Positions 36,142-48,560 of a stretch of 64,000 bases of DNA are shown here, piece by piece; within the stretch, counting starts at the first letter, position 1; each line of letters opens with the position of its first letter. Under the pieces are notes generated by a model, which saw only the letters and a list, made by a program, of their open reading frames with translations, did no database searches and was not told the origin of the DNA. The position numbers were made by a program, and so were the translations under genes. This stretch comes from Azolla caroliniana (lineage: Eukaryota; Plantae; Polypodiophyta). Location: assembly GCA_043228905.1 (NCBI GenBank), contig JBHGNT010000003.1, positions 17,856,001 through 17,920,000 of the forward strand, in the 5' to 3' direction.

Positions 36142-38899
36142 AGTATAGGGGAAAGGGTAGGAGGATGAGGGAGAGTGACAAGTAGGCTAGAGGAAAAAAT
36201 TGGTTCAAACTGTCAGGAATAGTACTAAAACAGAGATGGAATTAGTACTAAGAAGAGTAGTACTATTAGTACTAAGAGGACGGGACTGCGTAAGATTCCC
36301 GAGAGAGAGGAAGTGAGAAGAGGAGAGAGAGGGAAATAGGATGATGACAGCAGCTCTTATATTATATGAAAGATAAGTACAAATCGACTAAGAGGCTTAA
36401 GACTGGTGTTGAACCAATTTGGTTCAAAACAATGCCTTGTGCCTTCTTTTATAGTGTTTTTAGGAATAATCCTGAAGCTTCTAGAATGTTCCAGAGAGAT
36501 CTGGAATATACATCAATTTTCTATGATAAAGCATAAATGAAAATAATATCCTACAAAATACAATTCATAGTCTAATGGTAAGAGCTCGACCCATGTAGCA
36601 TAAGGTCATGGGTTCGAGTCTTGCCATATCATGACACTCTCTCTCTCTTCTTGCACCAACAAGAAATGACAACAACAACTAAAAGTTTGCCCTAAGTCAT
36701 ATTTATACTAATATGGCTTTTCGGCTATTTACAAATATAGCCATGATGGACTCTCAGAAACATATTTACGAATATGTCTCTTCATCCGGTGAGCACTTCT
36801 CACCGGGTCTGCACCATCCGGCTCTCCGTAACCGGGTACTCCTCATCCGGTTCTCACCGGGTCTACACCATCCGGCTCTCCGTAGCTGGGTACTCCTCAT
36901 CCGGTTCTCACCGGGTCTGTACCATCCGGCTCTCCATAGCCGGGTACTCCTCATCCAGTCTTCACCGGGTCTGCACCATCCGGCTCTCCGTAGCCGGGTA
37001 CTCGTCATCCGATTTCGGCCTCGGCCGAGTTTGTTCATCGGCACTATTCTTATCCCTTCCCATCCGGAGGACCTGTCTCCCAACATTAACTTCAACGAGC
37101 AACTCTCTTATTCAGATCAGCAACCAGAGAAATCTTCTCAGATCTATACGGTCTATTCTTTACGAGAAACTCTACTCTAATACCATGTTACGAAGGCGCT
37201 ACGGCTCTTCTAAGTGTACAGTAGATCGTGACGTGCTGGATTGTTTATGCGTTCAAGCGAGAAGGAAAGAGGGGAAGGAGACTCACCTTTGTAGCAACCC
37301 AAAACTTCTATTTCATTACACAGAGAAACCTCTCTTGTCTGTTTTCTGTTTTCTACTTACTTCACTCTCCTACTCACTCTTACTTTTTTACCTAAGTATA
37401 TAAGTCACTTACATATTGAGTAGCTAAATAGTTGCAAATAGCTAAATAGTTGCTTTACCTATATGTCTATTAGTAGCTAATTTCCTAATAGCTACTATAG
37501 AATATCTAAGTTACCAATAAGCATCACATGCTTTTGTTGAGCTTCATTCTTAACAAAAGCCTCATTTACTTGACCATCACCCAACCAGACCTCAGTTATC
37601 TGGTTGACTTGATTAGTCAATTTATGTCATTGCCGACATCCGATCACCTTTAGTGCGCACATCGGATATTGCATTATGTGAGTGGCACGAAGGATCAAGT
37701 ATTGTTGTATTGGGCAGGTGTAACTGAACAGCTTGTCGACTACACAGACGTTGATTGGGCCAGAATCAAAGGTGATCGCCGATTGAATCTGGATATACTT
37801 TCTCCTTAGGGAGTGTAGTGATCGCCTGGTGCAGCAAGACGCAGCCAAAAGTAGCACTATGGAGCATTGAGGTCGAGTACAAAGGAGCAGCTATCGCGAC
37901 ATACGAAGCCATTTAGCTTAAGAGGCTATTGAAGGATCTGCAGGTGGAGGTGTCCAATCCGACGGTGATCTACTGTGACAACCTTAGCAGTATCTAGTTA
38001 CCAAAGAACCATGTCTTCCATCCTTGGAAAAAGCAGATCGAGGTGCATTACCACTTCGTGCGTGATTGGAGATAGACATCCAGGGCCGTGGAAGCAGATA
38101 TGCCGACTACACGGGTCGAGGAGCATGGGACCAGACAAGTTGTGGAGCACGAGCGAGGAGACTTAAAGCCAAGATAGGCTAGAGTGATGGACCAGCTAAA
38201 CCTAACAAGGAACCTCAAGTTGATCTTGATGGGGAGTGTTGAGATACAAGCTGAACATGAGTCGGATCGGCTAAAGAAGCCATCAACCGAATCAACTGAG
38301 GAGGATCGGCTATAGAAGCTAAATACTAGAGCGGCTGAATAAGTCAGCCGACCGTTAGGGCCTATATTCCTATTAATAGTAATAGGAATATTTTAGGGAG
38401 TCAGTGTCAAATGCTCTTTATGAGCATTCAAGTCAGTACTTGTGTCAGCGTGTATAGAAGTGCTCATTAAGCACAATCATATGAACAAAGTGTTATTATT
38501 TTGAATATAGTTTTGTTTTTTGCCCTCTCAGTCTCTCACCTTCTTTGTGTTTTTCCTAATTGTCTTCTAGTGTTTGACTGTAGCCAACTATGTCTGTTGT
38601 TAGCTTCCGCATACCTAACTCGTTACATTTGGCTTCGACCAGTTCTCTAAGCCATATCTGTTGAGAAATGAACTTCAACATTATTGTCAATGGTAAGTCC
38701 CATCTACTTTCTTCGAAGGTCTTTTGACAAGATTTGTCTAATTGCTTCATCAAGTGTCAGCTTCATAGAGTTGTTCGTGACAGTCGTGGAGAAGACTTCC
38801 TAGCTTGCTAGTAGGCTTCAGAGAAGGGAAAGGGCTTTGATTTCTTCCTCAAAGTTCAGCTCTTGTGAGGAGAGTTTGGCCAACACCCAGCTAAAGATG

Positions 38900-41800
38900 T
38901 GTGAATGTTAATGTGCGGAAGCGTCAGACAAAACCGGCTCAGCCGGATAGCAACAGAAAATGAGATGAAGGTTTAATGGAAAAGCTTAAAACATAGAGGA
39001 GACAGAGAGAGCAGAACATAAAACTATATTCAAAAATTAACTCTAAAACTCTATAGATGCAACGTGCTAAACAACAATATTTATACAAGTCCATAAAGGA
39101 CTGACAGGTACTTCAATGCTCACAAGTATGACTGACACTAACTACGAGACAATGATTACCTAGTTGTCTAGGCTACTACTAGGCTTCCGGTTTCCGCTCG
39201 AATCCGGCTCCCCGATCCGGTCAGTTGTTTCCGGATACTAATCCCGCTCATCCTTCCGGATGCCGATCCGGCTCAGGCTTATTCAGCCAATCCGGATCCG
39301 GTTGAGCTTGCTCGCTCAACACTCCCCCTCAAGCTCAACTTGAGGTTGGATCGTGGTGTTAGTGTCCCCGGCAGTCGGCTCCTTCTAGCGTTGCTCCGCC
39401 TCGCTCGCGCTCCTCATCCGGTCCTGTATTGTTTGCCGCGACCCTTCTGGTTCTGCGCACCTCGACCTCCTCGGTCGGCTGGTTTGCTCAACATGTCCAT
39501 TTCAGCTCCCTCGTTGTTGCGACTCCGGCACTTGTCAACCCGTCAATTCCTTCATGTTGGCGTCGACTTCCGTTGCGTCCGTGTTCTCTTGGCCTTTAGT
39601 TGATCCGGTTTTTCCAAATCTTGAACCAATTCGGTTTCCTTCGATTCGTTCCAGCTCTTGTCCGAGTCAGTATTCTCCAACTCATCTTCCGGTTTCAGGC
39701 CCTTCACCACACCGGACCACATCCGGGTCTTGACCGTTTTGTTCCGGTCGGCTCTGTCCTTGACTCTTCTGCCGCTGCCGCTTGTTCCGACCTTTTTGGA
39801 TGTGCCGACTTCCTTCGTCGACTCGGCTTCCTTTTTCCTCTTGTCTCCCCCTTTGTTGGTTCTTTCTTCCTCTCCGGCTCCTTGTCTGGTGCCGTCCGTC
39901 CCCATTCCTTTTCTCCCCCTCAAGTGCGGCACGTTGAGATTCTGAACACCAAGCATTTCGGTGAAGTGTTGCAACTTGTCCGATCCGAGCGATTTGGTGA
40001 AGATATCGGCAATTTGTCGATCCGTCTGAACATACCGAAGTTCTACTTCACCGCTCAAACCCACTCACGCACAAAGTGATAGTGGACTTCTATGTGCTTC
40101 GTCCGAGCATAGAACACGGGGTTCTTGGTGAGCTGAATGTTGCTCATGTTGTCACAGTAGATCAGGATCGGGGTCGATACCTAAATCCGTAGGTCTCACA
40201 GCAGTCGCCGAAGACAGATGGCTTCATAGGTGGCATTGATAGCGCCCTGGTATTCAGCCTAAGTGCCGATAGAGCCACTGTTGGCTGCTTTTTGCTGCTC
40301 CACGCAACAACCGCACTACCCAGAGAAAACATGTAACCGGGGGTGGATCGGCGATCCGATGCATCACCAGCCCAGTCGGCATCAATATATTCGACTAGCT
40401 TCCCAGCTATACCGTGTCAGTATAACAGTCCCCGATCCTTCAATCTGCTCACATACTGGAGTATCCGGTGTGCGCACTGAAGGTGCTCGACGGTCGGCTT
40501 CTGCATGAACTGGTTGATCATTCCGACTGGGTAACTGAGGTCGGGTCGAGTGATTGTCAAGTATATCAAGCTTCCGACGATTTCTTGGAAGCGTTTCTCA
40601 TCGCAGGCCGGTCCGAAGTTGGGACAAAGGTTCTAGTTCCGATCCAGGGGTGTGGAGACAGGTCGGCACTCCGTCATACCGAACTTGTATAGCATATTCA
40701 ACACATAGTGTCGTTGTGAGAGCAATATGCCGTCGGGGGTTCGGATCACCTCGATCCCAAGAAAGTAATGAAGGTCCCCCAGGTCCTTTATTTCAAATCC
40801 GTCCTACCGTTGGGACTTTACTCAGCCGATTTCATTGAGTCCAGGTCCGGTGATGACTAAATCATCAACATAAAGTAGGATGCAAACCGGACCATCCGGA
40901 CCTTGTCGGATGAACAACAACGGGTCGGATTTAGAGGTCACAAACCCCATCTTACGCAACCGGTGCGTGATCTTCGCATTCAAAGCTCGGGGAGCTTGTT
41001 TTAGACCATAAAGCGACTTCTTGAGCCCGCACACCGCCGACTTGTTCATATCCGACTAAAAACCGGGAGGTTGGATCATATAAACCCGTTCTTCAAGGTC
41101 ACCTTGAAGAAACACATTCTTCACGTCCATCTGGTGAAGATGCCACCCCCTTGCCGCAGCAACCACCAGTACCACACGAACCGTCGTCATCTTCGCTACC
41201 GGGGCGAAGGTCTCGTCGTAATCGATTCCCTTGGTCTGTGCATATCCCTTCGCCACTAATCGGGCCTTGTACCGATGAACCGAACCGTCGGCATTGTACT
41301 TTACCTTGTACATCCATTTGCAACCGATTGGTTTACAATGTCGGGGAGGGTCAACGAGGTCCCATGTATCGTTGGCATCTAGTGCCCGCATTTCTTCCTC
41401 CATAGCAGCACGCCAATTTGCGTCCTTTGCCACTTCTGCGTAGCTCTCCGGCTCACGCACTTCCGCCACCTTAGTCATGAACGCATAATGATGCGCCATG
41501 TACTCATTGTACCCGTACCGCGTAACGGGGTTCTTCAGGCGGGAAGACCGGCGTAACTTGGTATTACCCGGTTTGGGGCCATTCTTGGCGAGGTTGGACT
41601 TTGTTCCTGAAGATCTGCCTTCATCCTTTCTGGAGTCGGATTCACTAAGATCCGAATCAACATTGCCGGTTTCGTATTCTGGCATCTTCTTCTTCCCCTT
41701 CTCTTTGCGCGTGAACCGTCTCCTCAGCTCCTTGCGTGGGGAGAGCACGGCAAAGTCTCCACCACTTGTTGGTTCCTCATCCGATTGGTCATCCCAACTC

Positions 41801-44717
41801 AGCCACTCATTCGGTCCACTTAGCCAGAATGAGATCGGACTCTCTTCTAGAGTGTCGAAGTCTTCATCTTCTACCTGGACCTCCTCGGGCTCACTAGCCT
41901 CATCTTCCGGAATCGGGTCTTCGTCAGGAGTTGGAGTCGGTAAGGAGTACCATGATGCTGTCTCATCAAACTCGACATCTCGGCTTACTCGGACCTACTT
42001 AGTCCGGGGGTTATAGCACTTATACCCCTTTTGCTCATGCAAGTAACCGATTAGAATGCACTTCTCCGACTTCGGATCCAGCTTCCTTCGCTTCTCATCC
42101 GGTACATGCACATATGTTATGTTACCGAATATCCGAAGGTGTCTCAAATTTGGCTTTCACCCGAAATACAGATCATGTGTTGACACCTTGTCACCAATCC
42201 GGTTTTGGATGTAGACGGTCATCCGGACCGCCTCAGCCCAGTAGAAATGGGGCATTCTCTTCTCCTCCAGCATTGCCCTTGCCACGTCGACAATGGACCG
42301 GTTCTTCCTTTCGGCCACACCGTTTTGCTCTGGTGTGTACCTGCAGCTGAATTCTCTCCAAATTCCATTCTGCTGGAGATAACTGTTGAATTGGCCGGAA
42401 AAGTATTCTTTCCCGCCATCCGACCGCGGGCATTTGATCTTCCTCTCCGTTTCACGTTCAACCAAGCTTTGAAGGTTCCGGAAACACTCGAAGACTTCGC
42501 TCTTCCTTTCGATGAGGTAGATCCACGTGTGCCGGCTGTAGTCGTCGATGAAGGAGACGAAATACCGACTCCCGCCAAGACTAACATTTTGTGTCGGACC
42601 CCATACATCCGAATGGATTAAATCGAGCTTGTTATGGCTCCGGTTTCGATCAGTGGGGAATGGAAGCCGGTGTTGCTTCCCGAGTTGGCAGGCTTCACAA
42701 ATTTCGGCCTTTCGGCCGCTAAATTTCGGCAAACCGAAAACGACTTGTTTCGATTGCAGATCTTGAAGCCTCCGATAATTGACATGGCCGATCCGCTTGT
42801 GCCACAGGTCGATGTACGATTCGACCTTCTGCCCTTTCGCAAGCATAGCGGTGCCAACATCATTAGTGTTGAGGATGAACATCCTCCCGTCTTTGCGCCC
42901 TTGCGCAATTATCCGGCCCTCTTCCTCGATGAAGCACCCTAGGTGCGTAAACCGCACCTGCATCCCCTGGTCGACGATTTGTCCAACTGACACCAGGTTC
43001 TTTGTGATAGTCGGAACGTGTAGTACGTTCATCAGCTTCCCCTTTTGTCCGACATGGCTTAAAGGGACTTCTCCGACATGCACATCAGGTGAGGGGTGTC
43101 GTCTCCGGTTTCAACAATCCCCGGTTGTTCCGGTTTCTCCAAAAAACAGAACCACTCTTCATGGCTCGTCATGTGGTTGGACGCTCCGGAATCAACGTAC
43201 CATACTTCCTTCGATCCAGAAGTAGTCTTCTTCATCGAGTTAGCCTTGTGCTTCATCACGAAGGCTGGCCCTTCATAGGTTTTCCTGGTTCCAGATCCTT
43301 CAGATCCTTCCATGTAGTGCGAGCTTTGCCGGTTCTCCCGACTGGTTTTCCCGGATCTAGATTTGTCCGAATCGGCACGCTTCTTCTAGCACTTGCTTTC
43401 CCTGTGGCCCTTTTTGTCATAGTACCAACATTCTGTGTCGGCCTTTCCTTGCCGGTTCCCGGGGCCGCTTTGACTCCCCCTGCTCGTGGAGGGTCCAGAA
43501 CTGTTGTCGGCACATCCTCTGTGCCTCCGGTCTTGCTCTTGTCGACCGCCTCCATTGCATGCGGACCCACCTCGTCCACCATGTCAATGGGGCCAATCTA
43601 TCTCTGTGTACAGCATCCGGTCGTCTGATTGAGTGGTCCTTGACCCACTCGCGTGGTTTTCTTCGACCATCAACATCGATTGCAAGTCGAAGAAGGACGG
43701 TGGTTTCTCCCGGGTGCAGATTACTGTCCGGATTGGCCCGTACCTTTGTGCTAGACCACCGAGACAGATTTGTACCATCTCATCTTCGTCCACTGTCACA
43801 TTGATGGACCCGAGTGCGTTGCAAATCTCCTTTATCTTGGTGGTGTAGTCTGTAACCGACATGTCTCTTTGCCGGATGTTGTTTAGCTCTTGCCGGAACT
43901 GCAACTTACGAGCTGTGGTACTTGCGGCGAAAATCTTCCGTAGATTTTCCCAGGCCTCCTTCGGCTTCTTTGCATCCCTGATGTAGCTGAGCATTTGATC
44001 ATGCACACCAGACGCGAGACAGTACAGTACCCAACTCACTCCTTGCTCCCATACCGGGAAGTCTTTGTGTGACGGCTCTGGTGCTACTTCCTTTTTTCCT
44101 TCCACGAAGCTCCAATATCCATGCCCCAGCAGGTATTGGTGCATATATGACCAGGATGTATAATTGCTCCGGTCGAGCTTCTCTGTTGGAAGTGATCTCG
44201 CCATTCCTCTGTCCATGTCTTCCTCTATTTGTTGTTACCGGGTTCTAGGGTTTGTCTACGGAAGCAAATGTCGGCTGCAGAGGTTCTCAACCCTCGCGCT
44301 CTGATACCATGTGAATGTTAATGTGCGGAAGCGTCAGACAGAACCGGCTCAGCCGGATAGCAACAGAAAATGAGATGAAGGTTTAATGGAAAAGCTTAAA
44401 ACATAGAGGAGACAGAGAGAGCAGAACATAAAACTATATTCAAAAATTAACTCTAAAACTCTGTAGATACAACGTGCTAAACAACACTATTTATACAAGT
44501 CCATAAAGGACTGACAGGTACTTCAATGCTCACAAGTGCGACTGACACTAACTACAAGACAATGATTACCTAGTAGTCTAGGCTACTACTAGGCTTCCGG
44601 TTCCCGCTCGAATCCGGCTCCCCGATCCGGGCGGTTGTTTCCAGATACCATCTGGATACCGATCCAACTCAAGCTTATTCAGCCAATCCGGATCTGGTTG
44701 AGCTTGTTCGCTCAACA
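38900..44717 (-). mobile_element. full-length Ty1/copia element; LTRs 38900-39321 and 44310-44717; TSD AGATG; ORF disrupted
   Basis: AGATG at 38895-38899 and 44718-44722. PBS TGGTATCAGAGC at 44298-44309. PPT from 39322. gag 43584-44216, protease WYVDSGASNHM, integrase, RT LYVDDL, RNase H. Confidence 0.95.
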
Positions 44718-45291
44718 AGATGTTGATGTGAGAGGTTGTCGTCTTTGATTCCTTCATCTTCGTACATGAAGAGGATCAATATGAGTCTCGATGAAGAGGA
44801 TTTCTTTTCGTACATAGCTTGGAGATTCTCCCATAAGGTGTAAGTTGTCATCTCTTTGGTCATGCTAAAATAGAAGTTTTCGGCCAGATGCATCTAAATG
44901 GTCGACTTCACGATTTCATCGAGTGATCGCCATTCTGTTGCTATCATCTCTATCGGCTTGTCATTATGCCGAATTTCCTCTATTTGGTGCTAGATGATTA
45001 GCACATCTTGCATCATCTCCTTCCATAGGGAAAAAATTTTGCTGTCAAACTTACCGATGTCCACTCCTGTGTCGGATGTTGAAACCATATTTTGTAGGAA
45101 GTAAGATTTCTGACCTAGTCTTTTCATTCAACCGGTTCTTCTCCTTGTTTTTGATGATGTTGTTGTTGTCGGACTCCAAGTCAAGCTCTAATACCAGTTG
45201 ATGACAATCATATTGTCTTAGCCGATTTGAAGCAAGGAAGTAGATAGGTGTGAATAGGATCTTGTGTTGAGTCAAGCAAACAATAGCAAGT

Positions 45292-45517
45292 TGTTGTGAT
45301 ATATTGGTCCCTCTAGATGGGATGAGAGCCAAATTGGTCGGATGTCAATCGACTTGGTCAGCTGAGAGCCGGATAAGAATGAGGTCGGCTGGCCAGCTAA
45401 GAGTCGGCTAAGAGTTGGAAGTTGATTTAGCCAAAGCCGATTAATGGCCATATTTGTAAATAGCCGATTAATGGCCACGGTATTGTGAGCAAAGTAGCAT
45501 TAAGTGTATAGAGAGCT

Positions 45518-45553
<36 letters not shown>

Positions 45554-45769
45554 ATCTGTTGAGATGAAGATCAACTCAAGGTTGTGGCCTTGAGTCATTG
45601 GACACACATCATAGTGATTATGTTCAGAGTCTATGGGCTCCCGTGGTTTTTCCCATCCAGGGTTTCCATATTAAACTTTTGTGGCATTGTTTCTTGTTTG
45701 TGCTTTTATTTCTTTGTTACTTTCGTCTCTGCTTGTGATTCGGTTGTGGACGACTCCATATTCACATCA
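45292..45769 (+). mobile_element. probable old solo LTR inserted in the 45199 LTR
   Basis: TGTTGTGA...TCACATCA termini. U5-like GTGGTTTTTCCC...GGGTTTCCA resembles other copia LTRs here. The TSD is degenerate (CAAGT/GAAGC). Confidence 0.5.
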
Positions 45770-47574
45770 GAAGCAACAAGAGACAATTTGTGCACTATCA
45801 ATATAGCAAAATATAGAATATAAAGAGAATGAACAAGATGACAATTACATAAAGAGAGAGACAGTTTCGCTCAAAGAGATACGACATTACATTAACCCTT
45901 GAACGTTCTTTACAAGATCAATTGCCTCCTTAAATAGTTAGGTTAATTGTGTGCTTCACACTAGAGATACAATATGGGCAGAGTGGGACTTTTAGCCCAA
46001 CATGTAAATATATTTAAATATAATAAAAACACACACTCTCATTCATCCTCACACACACACTAATTGTGAAGAAGTAAAAGAACTTCAAAGAATCAAAGTC
46101 AGCAACTCAAGTTCATTTCATGCTCTTTGGTTCAAGTCCCCACTGGTTGTGCTCATATTTCACATGCAATACGTAATATATTTGGCAAACCTGATGTGAA
46201 ATGAGCAACAAGGGCAAATGGCTTATGCACCAAGTAAAACTTTTGCACACTAGTGCACACTAAGTAGAAATGTGAATTTGCTAGATCAACATGACCCACC
46301 AACCTCAATAATGAAGGGACATTATCTAGATCTTGGATATTAATTGAAGCATTATATTATTTATTGTTGCAAGGATGTCGAATATTAGTGCTTAGCGTTG
46401 CTACCACTCCTAAAATTTGTTGCCATTTTTCTACATATGACAAAAACCCAATAATGACATTTGCAAGTACTATTGTATCATAAGGATGCTCTTGAGAGGT
46501 CACGCCCTTGTGTAATATGTTAGTTAACTACATCCTTGAGGACTGATTCTTTGAGATGATATAAGGGATACTCTGAGTGCAAACAAGTACAATTGTGAAG
46601 ACTTAAAGAGCAAGGGACGAATACAAAATACTATTGTGGAATAACAAAAGAAGTTCATATTATTGGACATTAATTGGAGTGATAGTTTATGAAGATGACA
46701 TGATTTGTCCATTTACTCCCAAAAAATTGGTGTTAAGAAAGGTTTGACTTTTATTTATAAGAACGCCAACTATGGTTGTAGAGTTCTAAAGTGTATGAAT
46801 TCATGTGTTCATGCAATAGGGTTAAATTGTTAGTAGAGTGCTCCATCTAGGCTTCACTAGTTATTGCGAGTGCCCTAATCATGGTTTACTAGTTAGTGAA
46901 AAGTAATGTGTTTGCCACCACATGTTTTCTTGTTATGTTAGTTGGTGTATTTTGGGTCAACACTTAAAATTGTGCATACTTTATTGGCTTTACTCATCGA
47001 AGATTATGGCACTAGTTTCAAGTCTTCGTCAAAAATATTCCAAAGACTAGAATAACACCCTCTTGCCAAAATCGTAAAATGATGGTACAAACCTATTATA
47101 ATCATATAGTTTGAAGTTTGAACCCATCAAACAAAGTTTGGTTTTAATAATTAAGAAATGTGGCTTATTGTGGGATTTTAACAATATCAAATGTCCCAAA
47201 TAAAATAATACATAACTACTTACATTGATAAAAAAAATACATAAGATTTGTGTTCGGGGGAAAGGTGCCCTCGTACATTAAAATATTGGGTTGACAATTA
47301 AAATATTCATATCCTACATAGATATATATACCATCTCTATTTGCTATAGATTTTTTGGTATTTTCGTCTTCCAACATTAGCCAAATTTTACAAGCTTGGA
47401 CCTCCAAAAATAGGTAGAAATTTTTCCTAGAATTAGGTGTTATTATAGTGCGGTCACCGAACACAAGTATTTTATATACTTAGTCATACATGCTAAATGC
47501 TCTTTAGAGTGGTTTCATCATCATCATCATAATCTCTTTTTCTTTTTTTGTTAAAAGCGCACAATTATATTAAT

Positions 47575-47597
47575 TGTATGTAAAAAAATCAATACTA

Positions 47598-47641
<44 letters not shown>

Positions 47642-47793
47642 GATTTGGCATCAACCATTAAAATGCGGTGTCCCTCACAAGAGTAATAAAATTGAGAGAA
47701 GCCACTTTTGATCCTTCTTACATGTGGGGCTTGACCTTGTTCTAGATTAGTAACCATCCTAAATTGGCTTTGTATGTAAAAAGGTCAATATTA

Positions 47794-47850
<57 letters not shown>

Positions 47851-47985
47851 AGACCTTAATATATCTTTCTTTGTCTAGATTTGGCATCAACCATTAAAGT
47901 GATAAAATTTAGTGGACCCACTTTTGATCCTGCTGACATGTGGGATTGACCTTCATCTAGAGTAGTAATCATCCTAAATTGGGTT
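47575..47985. repeat. ~200-bp diverged tandem duplication containing (CT)n
   Basis: TGTATGTAAAAA..(CT)n..AGATTTGGCATCAACCATTAAA..CCACTTTTGATCC..ATCCTAAAT occurs twice. Confidence 0.8.
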
Positions 47986-48217
47986 TCAACTACCCATCCT
48001 CCAACGCTGCCAAGAGAACTTAAGTTCAATTCTCTTGGGGAGCTTAACCCCGTCTCATAATATATTAACAACCTTTAGTCCTATATATGTAGCAAAATGA
48101 TACAAAAGTTATGGTTTAACAATTAATTGTAACTATGGGAAGAGAACCCAAGTTTAATTCTTGCCATAGGCTCAGCCCCATCCCACAATTGTAACCATCC
48201 TAATTTTCAATACCTCC

Positions 48218-48560
48218 TGGGAGTCGGCAACGACCCAACTCAAGCTTGAACCGAGCCATTAAACCGTTCTTAAACAAATTGGTGGTTTGGTTTGGTTAGG
48301 TTTAGTCAGGTTTGAGCTTCCATAACAAGTTTGAGCTCGGTTTGGATGGCTCAAGCCAAACCGAACCGGTTTGGGCTAAACCAGTTCACAAGCTGGTTAA
48401 GGCTAATTGGTTTGTCTAAACTAGCTCCTAAAGCTCTTGAACCAGTTTAGAAACCGGTTCGGTTCAAGTTTGAAAATTCCCAAACCAATTAAGGCTTCAT
48501 CGGTTTGGTTTGGAGAATGCCAAACCAGTTAAGGCAAAATCAAATCGTTGCCGATTCCTA
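48218..48560. mobile_element. hAT-like MITE
   Basis: TIRs TGGGAGTCGGCAACGA and TCGTTGCCGATTCCTA. Interior rich in AACC/GGTT motifs. Degenerate 8-bp TSD ATACCTCC/ATCCCCAC. Confidence 0.65.

Larger units (their letters stand above)
30997..36636 (-). mobile_element. full-length Tcn1-like chromovirus (Ty3/gypsy), young; LTRs 30997-31422 and 36211-36636; TSD CTCTC
   Basis: 426-bp LTRs with one difference seen by eye. PPT AAGGGGGAGATAG at 31423-31435. gag, protease (LLDSGA), RT (YLDD), RNase H, integrase and chromodomain are all present. Confidence 0.96.
30716..37085 (-). mobile_element. copia solo LTR (family of the 1-4048 element) with TSD TTAAC, split by the chromovirus
   Basis: TTAAC at 30711-30715 and 37086-37090. 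Segment 36637-37085 matches 3500-4048 with four 54-bp repeats. Confidence 0.88.
4673..37555 (-). mobile_element. Ty1/copia element with paired LTRs (4673-5059, 37186-37555) and TSD AAAGC; host to four direct nested insertions
   Basis: AAAGC at 4668-4672 and 37556-37560. PBS TGGTATTAGAG at 37175-37185. PPT from 5060. gag ~30063-30680, integrase 28713-29433 and 27428-27725, RT 5459-6376, RNase H 5168-5443. Confidence 0.93.
4049..38627 (+). mobile_element. old plus-strand copia remnant (pieces 4049-4672 and 37561-38236; 3' LTR 38237-38627), split by a 33-kb nested insertion
   Basis: RT fragments ([19 protein letters not shown]) resume after 37560 with RNase H fragments (IYCDNLSSI, IEVHYHFV). 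PPT-like GATGGGGAG precedes the LTR TGTTGAGATAC...CGTTACA, which resembles the LTR at 56066-56522. Confidence 0.75.
38628..46002 (-). mobile_element. old copia 5' remnant (gag pieces 38628-38899 and 44718-45180; PBS 45185-45196; LTR ~45199-46002); bottom layer of the nest
   Basis: Gag-like LWENLQAMYEKKSSSSRLIL. PBS TGGTATTAGAGC. LTR bounded by TG...CCCAACA. Confidence 0.65.
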
